Assembly (NCBI GenBank): GCA_035641315.1
Contig: DASQUK010000057.1
Span: forward strand, 1,268 to 65,267
DNA: 64,000 bases
Origin: Acidimicrobiales bacterium
GTDB lineage: Bacteria; Actinomycetota; Acidimicrobiia; Acidimicrobiales; VFJN01
Direction: 5' to 3'
Shown here: piece by piece, positions 42,537-51,092 of the stretch
Layout of the letters: each line of letters begins with the position of its first letter
How positions within the stretch are numbered: the stretch's first letter is position 1
Program-made: the position numbers and the translations under genes
Notes under the pieces: model-generated
Database searches by the model: none
What the model saw: only the letters and a program-made list of their open reading frames with translations
Told to the model about the DNA's origin: nothing

Positions 42537-43298
42537 ATGGCGAGTGGTGGCAAGCGGCAGGCGCGCAAGATCCCCGAAGCCACCGTCAGCCGCCTCCCGC
42601 TCTACCTCCGCAGCCTCCTCGAGGTCGCCGACGAGGGCATGCCGACCATCTCGTCGGAACGGCTGGCCGAGATGTCCGGCGTGAACGCCGCCAAGGTGCG
42701 CAAGGACCTCAGCTACCTCGGCAGCTACGGCACCCGCGGCGTCGGCTACGACGTCGAGTACCTGCTGTTCCAGATGAGCCGCGAGCTCGGCCTCACCCAC
42801 GACTGGCACGTCGTGATCGCCGGCGTCGGCAACCTCGGGCACGCGCTCGCCAACTACGCCGGGTTCCACGAGCGGGGCTTTCCCGTGGCCGCCCTCGTCG
42901 ACGCCGACCCGCGGGTCATCGGCACCGAGGTCAACGGCATCGCCGTGCGGCACATCGACGACCTGCCGGCCATCGCCGCCCGACAGGAGATCGCCATCGG
43001 CATCATCGCCACGCCCGCCAGTGCCGCCCAAGAGGTGGCCGACCGCATGATCGCAGCCGGCGTCAGCTCCATCCTCAACTTTGCGCCGACGATCCTGTCG
43101 GTGCCGCCCGAGGTGTCGCTCCGCAAGGTCGACCTGGCGGTGGAGCTGCAGATCCTGAGCTTCTACCAGCAGCGCAAGGTCGCAGCCGAGCGCGTCGCAC
43201 CGCCCCGAGACATGCCTTCCGCTCCGACGGCCGCTCGGGCCGGGGGAGCGGGCGACGTGCCCGCCGGCGAGGCGGCCGTCGCTCGGCCCGGGAGCTGA
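42537..43298 (+). CDS. rex: Redox-sensing transcriptional repressor Rex
   Basis: …IPEATVSRLPLYLRSL…, Rossmann motif …VIAGVGNLGHALANY… and …ILNFAP…. The C-terminal ~45 aa is a low-complexity extension partly encoded by a REP-like unit. Confidence 0.92.
   Translation: MASGGKRQARKIPEATVSRLPLYLRSLLEVADEGMPTISSERLAEMSGVNAAKVRKDLSYLGSYGTRGVGYDVEYLLFQMSRELGLTHDWHVVIAGVGNLGHALANYAGFHERGFPVAALVDADPRVIGTEVNGIAVRHIDDLPAIAARQEIAIGIIATPASAAQEVADRMIAAGVSSILNFAPTILSVPPEVSLRKVDLAVELQILSFYQQRKVAAERVAPPRDMPSAPTAARAGGAGDVPAGEAAVARPGS
43215..43252 (+). repeat. REP-like unit (short hairpin form) inside the 3' end of the rex ORF
   Basis: CCTTCCGCTCCGACGGCCGCTCGGGCCGGGGGAGCGGG has the same core as 23798..23838. 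Confidence 0.75.
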
Positions 43299-43313
43299 CC
43301 CGCCGGTTCAGCC

Positions 43314-43946
43314 ATGCCGGTCGAGCACCCCCTCTATCCCGTCAACCTGGTGGTCGACGGGCGGCGGTGCCTCGTGGTCGGTGGCGGGCCGGTCGCGCTG
43401 CAGAAGGTGCGTGGACTGGTAGAGGCCGGAGCCCGGGTGACTGTGGTGGCGCCTCAGGTCGACACCGCCATCCGCGAGCTGGCCGACGTCGCCGAGGCCC
43501 GGCCCTACCGGCGGGGCGAGGTCGCCGACTACCGGCTGGTGGTGGCGGCCACCGGCGATCAGGCGGTCAACCAGCAGGTGTACGCCGACGCCGAGGCAGC
43601 GGGGGTGTGGATCAACAGCGCCGACGATCCCGACCGCTGCACGGTGACGCTGCCGGCGAAGCTCCGCCAGGGACGGCTGACCGTGACCGTGTCCACGGCG
43701 GGGTACAGCCCGGCCGTCGCCGCCTGGCTCCGCGACCGCCTGGCCGACGAGCTCGGACCGGAATACGACCAGCTCATCGGGCTGTTGAGCGAGGAGCGCG
43801 ATCGCGTCCAGAGTGAGGGTCGATCACCTCAGGACCTGGATTGGCGATCGGCGCTCGATTCGGGAATTCTGGAACTGATCCGGGCCGGCCGGCTCGATGC
43901 TGCAAGGGAGCGCCTGCGCGCGTGTCTGTCGTCGTCATCGGACTGA
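43314..43946 (+). CDS. Precorrin-2 dehydrogenase / sirohydrochlorin ferrochelatase (CysG N-terminal/SirC-Met8-like)
   Basis: …LVVGGGPVALQKVRGLVEAGARVTVVAP… (NAD fold) and …FNLPA-type …CTVTLPA…. Lies between rex and hemA. Confidence 0.8.
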   Translation: MPVEHPLYPVNLVVDGRRCLVVGGGPVALQKVRGLVEAGARVTVVAPQVDTAIRELADVAEARPYRRGEVADYRLVVAATGDQAVNQQVYADAEAAGVWINSADDPDRCTVTLPAKLRQGRLTVTVSTAGYSPAVAAWLRDRLADELGPEYDQLIGLLSEERDRVQSEGRSPQDLDWRSALDSGILELIRAGRLDAARERLRACLSSSSD

Positions 43947-45187
43947 ACCACCGCACCGCACCGCTCGAGCTGCTCGAACGGATGAGCGTGGCCGACGGCC
44001 AGCTCCCCAAGGCCCTCCACGACCTCCGCACCCGCGAGCACATCAGCGAGGCGCTGGTGCTCTCCACCTGCAACCGCACCGAGGTCTACGCCGTGGCCGA
44101 GCGGTTCCATGGCGCCTACAGCGACATCCGCAGCTTCCTGGCGGAGCATTCGTTCCTCCCACCCGAGGACTTCTCCGACCATCTCTACGTCCACTACGAC
44201 TCGGCCGCCGCGGCCCACCTGTTCTCGGTGACGGCCGGGCTGGACTCGGCGGTGCTGGGCGAGACCGAGATCCAGGGCCAGGTCAAGGTGGCGTGGGAGC
44301 GGGCGAGGGCCGAGGGCGCCGCCGGGCCGGCGCTCAACCTGCTGCTCCGTCACGCGCTGGCCGGGGGGAAGCGGGCCCGCACCGAGACCGCCATCGGCCG
44401 CAACATCGCCTCGGTGTCCCAGGCGGCGGTGGCGATGGCCGGCGAGCGGTTGGGCGGCCTCGCCGGCAAGACCGTGCTGGTGCTGGGTGCGGGCGACATG
44501 GGTGAGGGCATGGCCGTCGGTCTGGCCGGCGCCGGCGTGGCCGGCGTCCTGGTCGCCAACCGCACGCAGGCCAAGGCCATGGCGTTGGCCAGCCGCATCG
44601 GTGGCCAGCCGGTGGCTCTGGTCGACGTACCGGACCGCGTGGCCGATGTCGACCTGCTGCTGACGTCGACGGGATCGCAGGCGCCGATCATCGAGCGCCC
44701 CGACCTCGAGCCGGTGATGGCGGGGCGGTCGCAGCGGCCGCTGCTGATCGTGGACATCGCCGTGCCGCGTGACGTCGACCCGGCCGTGGCCGACATCGAT
44801 GGCGTCACCCTGCTCGACATGGACGACATTCGCCGCTTCGCCGCCGCCGGGGTGGTGGAACGACGCCGCGAGGTGGCCGCGGTCGAGGCGATCCTGAACG
44901 ACGAGCTCGAGCGTTACCTCATGGCCACGTCGGCCCGCGAGGTGGCACCGATGATCGTGGCGCTGCGGGAACGGGCCGAGGCGGTGCGCCAAGCCGAGGT
45001 CGAGCGTTTCCGGGCGCGCCTCGACACCCTTGACCCCGGCCAGGCCGAGCTGGTGGACGCAGTCACCAAGGGCCTCGTGTCCAAGCTGCTGCACGAGCCG
45101 ACGGTCGTCCTCAAGGACGCCGCCGGGAGCCCCCGGGGTGACCGCCTCGTCGCCGCCCTGCGCGAGCTCTTCGAGATAGAGGGTTAG
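43922..45187 (+). CDS. hemA: Glutamyl-tRNA reductase
   Basis: GTG start giving VSVVVIGLNHRTAPLELLER…LSTCNRTEVY… (catalytic Cys) and the NADPH motif …VLGAGDMGEG…. It overlaps the upstream gene by 25 nt. Confidence 0.92.
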   Translation: MSVVVIGLNHRTAPLELLERMSVADGQLPKALHDLRTREHISEALVLSTCNRTEVYAVAERFHGAYSDIRSFLAEHSFLPPEDFSDHLYVHYDSAAAAHLFSVTAGLDSAVLGETEIQGQVKVAWERARAEGAAGPALNLLLRHALAGGKRARTETAIGRNIASVSQAAVAMAGERLGGLAGKTVLVLGAGDMGEGMAVGLAGAGVAGVLVANRTQAKAMALASRIGGQPVALVDVPDRVADVDLLLTSTGSQAPIIERPDLEPVMAGRSQRPLLIVDIAVPRDVDPAVADIDGVTLLDMDDIRRFAAAGVVERRREVAAVEAILNDELERYLMATSAREVAPMIVALRERAEAVRQAEVERFRARLDTLDPGQAELVDAVTKGLVSKLLHEPTVVLKDAAGSPRGDRLVAALRELFEIEG

Positions 45188-45193
45188 GCGCCC

Positions 45194-46102
45194 GTGACGA
45201 AGCTCCGGGTCGCGACCCGGGGCTCGGCGCTGGCCCGCTGGCAGGCCGACCACGTGGCCGTCCTGTTGCAGAAGGCCGAGCCCGGCCTCCAGGTCGAGCC
45301 GGTGGTGGTCGAGACCAGCGGCGACCGCCGGCGGGACGTCCCCATCTGGCAGCTGGGCGGCAAGGGCATCTTCGTCAAGGAGGTGCAGGCGGCAGTCCTC
45401 GAGGGGCGGGCGGACCTCGCCGTCCACTCCGCCAAGGACCTGCCCTCGACCACCCCCGACGGACTGGTGATCGGCGCGGTGCCGGAGCGGGCCGATGCGC
45501 GTGACGCCTTGGTGGGCGCCCCGCTTGCCACGCTTCGGACCGGCGCGGTGGTCGCCAGCGGGTCGCTGCGCCGGCGGGCCCAGCTCTCCCGCGCCCGACC
45601 TGACCTGCGGTTCGAGGGCCTGCGGGGCAACATGGCGACTCGGCTGGCCCGGGTCGAGGACCCCGACATCGACGCCGTGGTGGTGGCCGCCGCGGCGCTC
45701 GACCGGCTGGGCCTCGCCGACCGGATCGCCGAGCGCCTGGACCCCGACGTGGTGCTGCCCCAGGTGGGGCAGGGGGCGCTGGCGGTGGAGTGCCGCGCCG
45801 ACGACACCGAACGCCGCGGCCTGCTCGACCGGATCGAGCACACCCCGAGCCGCCGGGCCGTCGACGCCGAGCGGGGGTTCCTCGCCGAGCTGGGCGGCGA
45901 CTGCTCGGTGCCGGCCGCCGCGCACGCCACGCTGGCGGGGGACCGGTTGCGGATCCGGGGCCTGGTCGCCTCGCCCGATGGCGCAACGGTGGTGTGCCAC
46001 GAGCTGGCGGGGCCGGCGTCGTCAGGCCCGGCGCTCGGGCGGTCGGTGGCCCGCCAGCTGCTCGACGACCAGGGCGGCGCCGCCCTCCTGGGCCGGACGT
46101 GA
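45194..46102 (+). CDS. hemC: Hydroxymethylbilane synthase (porphobilinogen deaminase)
   Basis: …LRVATRGSALARWQA…, …GKGIFVKE…, …RGNMATRL… and …GGDCSVP… (cofactor Cys). Confidence 0.93.
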   Translation: MTKLRVATRGSALARWQADHVAVLLQKAEPGLQVEPVVVETSGDRRRDVPIWQLGGKGIFVKEVQAAVLEGRADLAVHSAKDLPSTTPDGLVIGAVPERADARDALVGAPLATLRTGAVVASGSLRRRAQLSRARPDLRFEGLRGNMATRLARVEDPDIDAVVVAAAALDRLGLADRIAERLDPDVVLPQVGQGALAVECRADDTERRGLLDRIEHTPSRRAVDAERGFLAELGGDCSVPAAAHATLAGDRLRIRGLVASPDGATVVCHELAGPASSGPALGRSVARQLLDDQGGAALLGRT

Positions 46103-46185
46103 CCCGCCCGTGACCCCGCGTTCTCGCGCCTGGAATGGTCGCCAGGGCGGCCGATTCTGGCGCGAGAACACGTAGGTTCCGCGCA

Positions 46186-47709
46186 GTGACCGTCCACCTC
46201 GTCGGCGCCGGGCCGGGCGACCCGGGACTGCTCACCGTGCGCGCACTGGAGCTGCTGCGCCGGGCCGACGTCGTGGTCTACGACCGGCTGTCTCAGGAGT
46301 CGCTGCTCGACCTGGCCCCCGAGAGCGCCGAGCGCATCGACGTCGGCAAGGCGCCGGGGCACGTGCGGCTGTCGCAGGTCGAGATCAACGACCTGCTGAT
46401 CGAGCGGGGCCGGGGGGGCGAGACGGTGGTACGGCTCAAGGGCGGCGACCCGTTCGTGTTCGCCCGGGGCGGCGAGGAGGCGGCCGCCCTGCACGACGCG
46501 GGAGTGCCGTTCGAGGTCGTGCCCGGCATCACCGCGGCCATCGCGGTGCCGGCCTACGCCGGCATCCCGGTGACGCTGCGGCACTCGTCGACCAGCGTCA
46601 CCATCGTCACCGGCCACGAGGAGCCGGCGGCGGGCGACCACGGCACCGTCGACTGGGACGCCGTGGCCCGGGTCGGCGGCACGATCGTGGTCCTCATGGG
46701 CGTGGCCCGCATCGGGCGGATCGCCGCCGAGCTGATGGCCGCCGGCCGGTCGCCCGAGACGCCGGTGGCGGCGGTCCAGTGGGGCACCCGGCCAGAGCAG
46801 CGCACGGTGCGGGCGACGCTGGCGACCATCGCCGACCAGTCCCTGGGCACACCGTCGACCATCGTGATCGGTGATGTCGCCGCCTCCGACCTGGCCTGGT
46901 TCGAGAGCCGGCCTCTGTTCGGGCGGCGGGTCGTCGTGACCCGGGCCCGCGAACAGGCGAGCGAGCTGGTGGCGCGACTGCGTGCGCAGGGTGCGGCCAC
47001 GGTCGAGGTGCCGGCGATCGAGATCCGGGATCCGGCCGACGCTGGTGCGGCCCTGGCCGCCGCCGTGGACCGGCTCGGCGATTACGACTGGGTGGTGCTG
47101 ACGTCGCCCAACGGCGCGCGCCGGCTGCTCGACGCCGTGCGGGCCGCCGGACGCGACGCCCGGGCCTTCGCCGGCGCCCGGCTGGCGGCGATCGGCCCCG
47201 GCACCGCCGAGGCGCTGGCCGCCGGGAACCTCGCCGTCGACTTGGTGCCGCCGCGGTTCGTCGCCGAGTCCCTACTGGAGGCGTTCCCAGATCCTCCCGG
47301 CCGACCGCCGGGACGGCAGGGACGGGTGCTGCTGGTGCGGGCCGCCGTGGCGCGGGACGTCCTCCCCGCAGGTCTGCAGGAACGCGGCTGGGACGTCGAG
47401 GTGGTCGAGGCCTACCGCAGCGAGCAGGCGGCCCTGACCGACCAACAGGCGGCGGCGGTCGCCGTGGCGGACGTGGTGACGTTCACGTCGTCGTCGACGG
47501 TCACCAACTTCGTGACGGCCATGGGCGATCGGCCGATCCCGCCGGTGGTGGCGGCCATCGGGCCGGTCACCGCCGCGACGGCGCGCGAGCACGGGCTGGC
47601 GGTCGACGTCGAGGCCGAGGTCCACACGATCGACGGGCTGGTGGATGCATTGATCGAATGGGCCGCCAAGCACCCCCGACCCGCCAGCGAGGATGCCGCC
47701 GGTGGGTGA
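46186..47709 (+). CDS. Bifunctional uroporphyrinogen-III C-methyltransferase / uroporphyrinogen-III synthase
   Basis: N-terminal …LVGAGPGDPGLLTVRALELL…VRLKGGDP… (CobA/SUMT) and a C-terminal HemD-like half (…VVVTRAREQASELV…). The GTG at 46186 is preferred; the ATG at 46135 is possible. Confidence 0.88.
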   Translation: MTVHLVGAGPGDPGLLTVRALELLRRADVVVYDRLSQESLLDLAPESAERIDVGKAPGHVRLSQVEINDLLIERGRGGETVVRLKGGDPFVFARGGEEAAALHDAGVPFEVVPGITAAIAVPAYAGIPVTLRHSSTSVTIVTGHEEPAAGDHGTVDWDAVARVGGTIVVLMGVARIGRIAAELMAAGRSPETPVAAVQWGTRPEQRTVRATLATIADQSLGTPSTIVIGDVAASDLAWFESRPLFGRRVVVTRAREQASELVARLRAQGAATVEVPAIEIRDPADAGAALAAAVDRLGDYDWVVLTSPNGARRLLDAVRAAGRDARAFAGARLAAIGPGTAEALAAGNLAVDLVPPRFVAESLLEAFPDPPGRPPGRQGRVLLVRAAVARDVLPAGLQERGWDVEVVEAYRSEQAALTDQQAAAVAVADVVTFTSSSTVTNFVTAMGDRPIPPVVAAIGPVTAATAREHGLAVDVEAEVHTIDGLVDALIEWAAKHPRPASEDAAGG

Positions 47710-47740
47710 TCTGGCTGAGGCTGCGCCGACAGGCGCAGCC

Positions 47741-47830
47741 TCGGGCCCGAGCGGCCCGGCGCGAAGCGCCAAGAGCGGAAGGTACAGCGTCGAAGCCCGA
47801 GCGGCCCGCTGCGAAGCAGCAAGAGCGGGA
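47741..47830 (-). repeat. REP-like tandem dimer
   Basis: The plus strand carries two units, GCCCGAGCGGCCCGGCGCGAAGCGCCAAGAGCGGAAGG and GCCCGAGCGGCCCGCTGCGAAGCAGCAAGAGCGGGA, joined by TACAGCGTCGAA. Small hairpins are GGCGC-GAA-GCGCC and GCTGC-GAA-GCAGC. Confidence 0.85.
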
Positions 47831-47875
47831 GCCGCGCCGCGTGGAGTCGGCGCGGGCTCGCGCCGGCTCGCAGCC

Positions 47876-48526
47876 TTGGTCTTCGATTTCGACGGCCTCG
47901 TCCTCGACACCGAGACCTGCACCTACGAGACAACGGCGGCGATCTTCGCGGAGCACGGCGAGACCCTGGACGGGGACTGGTGGCACACGATCCTGGGTAC
48001 GGCCGACCATCCGCACTGGACCGAGGTGCTGGCCGAGCGGCTGGGTCGGCCCGTGGATCGTGAAGCGCTCGTCGCGCAGCGGGAGGCCCGCCGGCTGAAG
48101 CTCCTGCGGGAGCTGCCGCCCTGCGCCGGCGTGGTCGACCTGCTCGACGAGGCCGAGGGCTGCGGCGTACCGACCGCGGTGGCGTCCTCGTCCCGCCTCG
48201 ACTGGGTCGGCGGTCACCTCCACCGGCTGGGCCTGCGGCGGTACTTCGATGCGGTGGTCACCCGCGAGGACGTCGGCGACGACGCGGCCCGCACCAAGCC
48301 GGCCCCCGACCTGTTCCTGGCGGCGGCCGAGCGGCTCGGGGCCGAGCCCGCCCGCTGCGTGGCGCTCGAGGACTCGCCCAACGGTGTTGCCGCCGCCCAC
48401 GTCGCCGGCATGGTCGTAGTCGCCGTGCCGGGGCCGATGACGGCCGGCCTCGACTTCTCCCTTGCCGACCTGGTGGTGCCGTCGCTGCTCGAAGTCGACG
48501 TGGAGGGACTGGCCGCGATCGTCTAG
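47876..48526 (+). CDS. HAD-superfamily hydrolase (beta-phosphoglucomutase-like subfamily IA)
   Basis: …LVFDFDGLVLDTE… (motif I), …SSS… and …ALEDSPNGVAAA…. The start is unresolved. A TTG at 47876 would put motif I at residue 4. The in-frame ATG at 47693 or GTG at 47702 would add ~60 aa encoded entirely by the REP dimer. Confidence 0.75.
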   Translation: MVFDFDGLVLDTETCTYETTAAIFAEHGETLDGDWWHTILGTADHPHWTEVLAERLGRPVDREALVAQREARRLKLLRELPPCAGVVDLLDEAEGCGVPTAVASSSRLDWVGGHLHRLGLRRYFDAVVTREDVGDDAARTKPAPDLFLAAAERLGAEPARCVALEDSPNGVAAAHVAGMVVVAVPGPMTAGLDFSLADLVVPSLLEVDVEGLAAIV

Positions 48527-48563
48527 CGGGGCGGCGACCGGCCGGGCGCCCGCGGCGGTAGTC

Positions 48564-48604
48564 AGAGGGGAGTCCCAGGGGACACTCCCCGGGGACTCCC
48601 CTCT
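48564..48604. terminator. Long perfect hairpin between convergent genes (bidirectional terminator candidate)
   Basis: AGAGGGGAGTCCC-AGGGGA-CAC-TCCCC-G-GGGACTCCCCTCT lies between the HAD stop (48526) and the binding-protein stop (48610). Confidence 0.6.
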
Positions 48605-48609
48605 CGGGG

Positions 48610-49896
48610 TCAGAACTCGAAGTCCTCGGCGAAGGGTGCTTGGTGTTCGGCCACCACCAGACCCAGCCCGATGGGCTTGCTCGGGTCCACCTCGAAGATC
48701 GAGTTGGCCCGTGGCGGGTTGCGGTCGTCGGGCTCGCCCCAGCCGTACTCACCGAAGAGCCCCTCGAACTCCAGCTGGTCGAGCGAGTTCATCGCCTCGA
48801 TGATGCCGTCGTGTGACAGGTCGCCCATCTCGACGGCCTGCTCCAACACCTGGTGCACGGCCGCTGACTCGACATACCCGAAGTTGAAGTAGATGTCGGG
48901 CTCCTGGCGGGGCGCGTAGGTCTCCTGGATCCGCAGCAGCTCCGACATGCCGGGCACCGACTCGTCGCCGTACTCGGGGCCCTCGGAGACCCAGGTGAAG
49001 TTCTCCTGGAGGTACGGCAGCAGCGGCGAGTCGACGAAGAGGCCGATCCACGTGGGCGACTGGGCCATCCACCGGGGCGCGTAGCCGAGCTCGGCGGCCT
49101 TGCCCAGAGCGCCGCCGGTGTCGGTGGGCGTGGACGTCAGCCACACCATCTCGCATCCCGCCCCCTGCAGCTGGGTGATCTGCGTCGTGAAGTCCGGGTT
49201 GGCCACCGGGAAGGTGACCTCTTCGGTCAGGTCCATGCCGAGCTGCTCGAGGGCGAAGTCGACGCCCTCCTGGCCGGCCTCGCCGTAGGGGTCGTCCTGG
49301 CGCAGGGTGCAGATGGCGCTGTCTTCGCTGCCGCCGCCCTCGGTGACGTACCAGTCGACGCCGTTGATGGCCTGGATCTGGTACGGCGCACCGATGGGTA
49401 GCAGATTGCCTTCCCGCACCCAGAACGAGTCCAGGGACGCCGGCTGGGCGACGATGTTGTCGGCGACCAGCTGTTCGAGCAGGGCGTTCACGATCGGCGT
49501 GCCGAGCAGCTGGTTGAACATCACCACGTCGCCCTTGATCTGGTTGTACTTCTGCACGGCGGTGGGTGCGTCGTACGCCGAGTCCTCGATGACCAGCTCG
49601 ACCTGGTACTTGCCGGCCACCCCGCCCAGCTCCTCGTTGACGTAGTCCCAGTAGGCCCGGTTGCCGTTGGTCAGCGGCTCGCCGATGATCGCCACCGGCC
49701 CGCTGGTCGGCGTGACCACCCCGAGCCGGATGGTCTCGCCGTCGAAGCCCGGCACCGTCTCCGGTTCGCCACCTTCTTCGGCCTCCTCGTCGGCGGTTGC
49801 GTCGTCGTCGTCGTCACGGCCTCCGCACGCCGCGGCGACGAGCGCCACCGCGGCGAGAGCCACGAGCAGCCTCAGCCACCCTTGTCGTTTCTCCAT
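48610..49896 (-). CDS. ABC transporter substrate-binding lipoprotein (branched-chain amino acid/Leu-Ile-Val-binding family, type I PBP)
   Basis: MEKRQGWLRLLVALAAVALVAAACGG lipobox and an acidic linker. …IRLGVVTPTSGP…GNRAYWDYVNE… is typical of LivK-like proteins. The upper part of the track ORF reads into the permease gene. Confidence 0.82.
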   Translation of the reverse strand: MEKRQGWLRLLVALAAVALVAAACGGRDDDDDATADEEAEEGGEPETVPGFDGETIRLGVVTPTSGPVAIIGEPLTNGNRAYWDYVNEELGGVAGKYQVELVIEDSAYDAPTAVQKYNQIKGDVVMFNQLLGTPIVNALLEQLVADNIVAQPASLDSFWVREGNLLPIGAPYQIQAINGVDWYVTEGGGSEDSAICTLRQDDPYGEAGQEGVDFALEQLGMDLTEEVTFPVANPDFTTQITQLQGAGCEMVWLTSTPTDTGGALGKAAELGYAPRWMAQSPTWIGLFVDSPLLPYLQENFTWVSEGPEYGDESVPGMSELLRIQETYAPRQEPDIYFNFGYVESAAVHQVLEQAVEMGDLSHDGIIEAMNSLDQLEFEGLFGEYGWGEPDDRNPPRANSIFEVDPSKPIGLGLVVAEHQAPFAEDFEF

Positions 49897-49928
49897 ATCT
49901 CCCCCTGTTGCTGTCGTTGGTGTGGGAC

Positions 49929-51092
49929 CTAGTACGAGAACGGCCAAGTGACGAACCAGGTCTTGACCCGGAACCAGAACGCCGCCAAGCCGCGTGGCTC
50001 CAAGAGCAGGAACAAGACGATGGCCAGCCCGAACAGGACCGCGTTGAGCTCGCCGATGGTGAAGATGCCCGGCTCGCCGGACCGGGTGGTGATCAACGGG
50101 TCGAAGATCGCCTGCCCGCTGTTCTGCTCGATGAGGGAGCGGCCCCCCAACACGAACAGCGCGCCGATGATGGAGCCGAAGATGGTCCCCAGCCCGCCGA
50201 TGATGATGATGGCCACGTACGTGATGGCCAAGAACAACCCGAACTCGCTGGGGCTCACGTATTGCTGCAGCAACCCGTAGAGGGCGCCCGCCACCGCGGC
50301 GTAGGCGCTGGACCAGGCGAAGGCACCGACCTTGTAGCGTGCCGGGCTCACCCCGATCACCTCGGCGGACAGGTCGCGGTCGCGGATTGCCTGCATGGCC
50401 CGGCCCGCCCGGCTGCGTACCAGGTTCTTGGCCAGGAGCGCACCCAGCACGACCAGTGCCCAGACCAGCCAGAAGAAGCTCTGCTCGAAGGTGTAGGTCT
50501 CGCCCCCCAGCTCCAGGCCCTGCTTGAAGTCGAGCGGGCCCAAGGACATCGGCGCCGCGCCCAGGCTGATGCCATTCCCGCCGCCCGTGACGCTGTCCCA
50601 GTTGTTCCACAGGTGCTCGCCCAGGAACACCAGCCCCAGGGTCACCACCACCAGGTAGTTCCCCCGCAGCCGCAGGGCGAAGGGTCCGATCACGCCGCCG
50701 ACCACGAAGCCGAGCAACGCCGCGAAGGCGAGGTAGGCGGGCATCGGCCAGCCCCGCTGAGCGCCGAAGTAGGCCGCGGCGTAGGCGCCGACCCCGACGA
50801 AGAAGGCATGACCGAGGGAGATCTGCCCCGTGTAGCCCGTCAGCAGGTTGAGGCCGATGGCGCCGATGGCATAGATGCCGCAAAGCGACATCACCCGCAG
50901 CCCGGGGTCACCGAGATAGGTGGGCAGCAACAGGAACAGCACGAGCCCGCCCACGACGACGACCCACCGCCACGGCGTGCGCCATGGGCTGCGCAGCAGC
51001 TTGATCTCGTCCGCGTAGGAGAGGGTCAGGTCCCGTGCCGGGCCGCTGCGGCCCGGGCGCAGGCCTGTCGTGAGCGCATGGGTGATCGCCAT
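49929..51092 (-). CDS. Branched-chain amino acid-type ABC permease (LivM-like)
   Basis: …IGLNLLTGYTGQISLGHAFFVGVGAY… is a LivM hallmark. The ATG at 51092 abuts the livH-like stop. Confidence 0.85.
   Translation of the reverse strand: MAITHALTTGLRPGRSGPARDLTLSYADEIKLLRSPWRTPWRWVVVVGGLVLFLLLPTYLGDPGLRVMSLCGIYAIGAIGLNLLTGYTGQISLGHAFFVGVGAYAAAYFGAQRGWPMPAYLAFAALLGFVVGGVIGPFALRLRGNYLVVVTLGLVFLGEHLWNNWDSVTGGGNGISLGAAPMSLGPLDFKQGLELGGETYTFEQSFFWLVWALVVLGALLAKNLVRSRAGRAMQAIRDRDLSAEVIGVSPARYKVGAFAWSSAYAAVAGALYGLLQQYVSPSEFGLFLAITYVAIIIIGGLGTIFGSIIGALFVLGGRSLIEQNSGQAIFDPLITTRSGEPGIFTIGELNAVLFGLAIVLFLLLEPRGLAAFWFRVKTWFVTWPFSY

Noticed and set aside
43829-46641. 723-aa and 485-aa minus-strand ORFs antisense to hemA, hemC and cobA
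   Set aside because: The sense-strand genes carry textbook catalytic motifs. The antisense ORFs are open only because stop codons are rare at this GC content.
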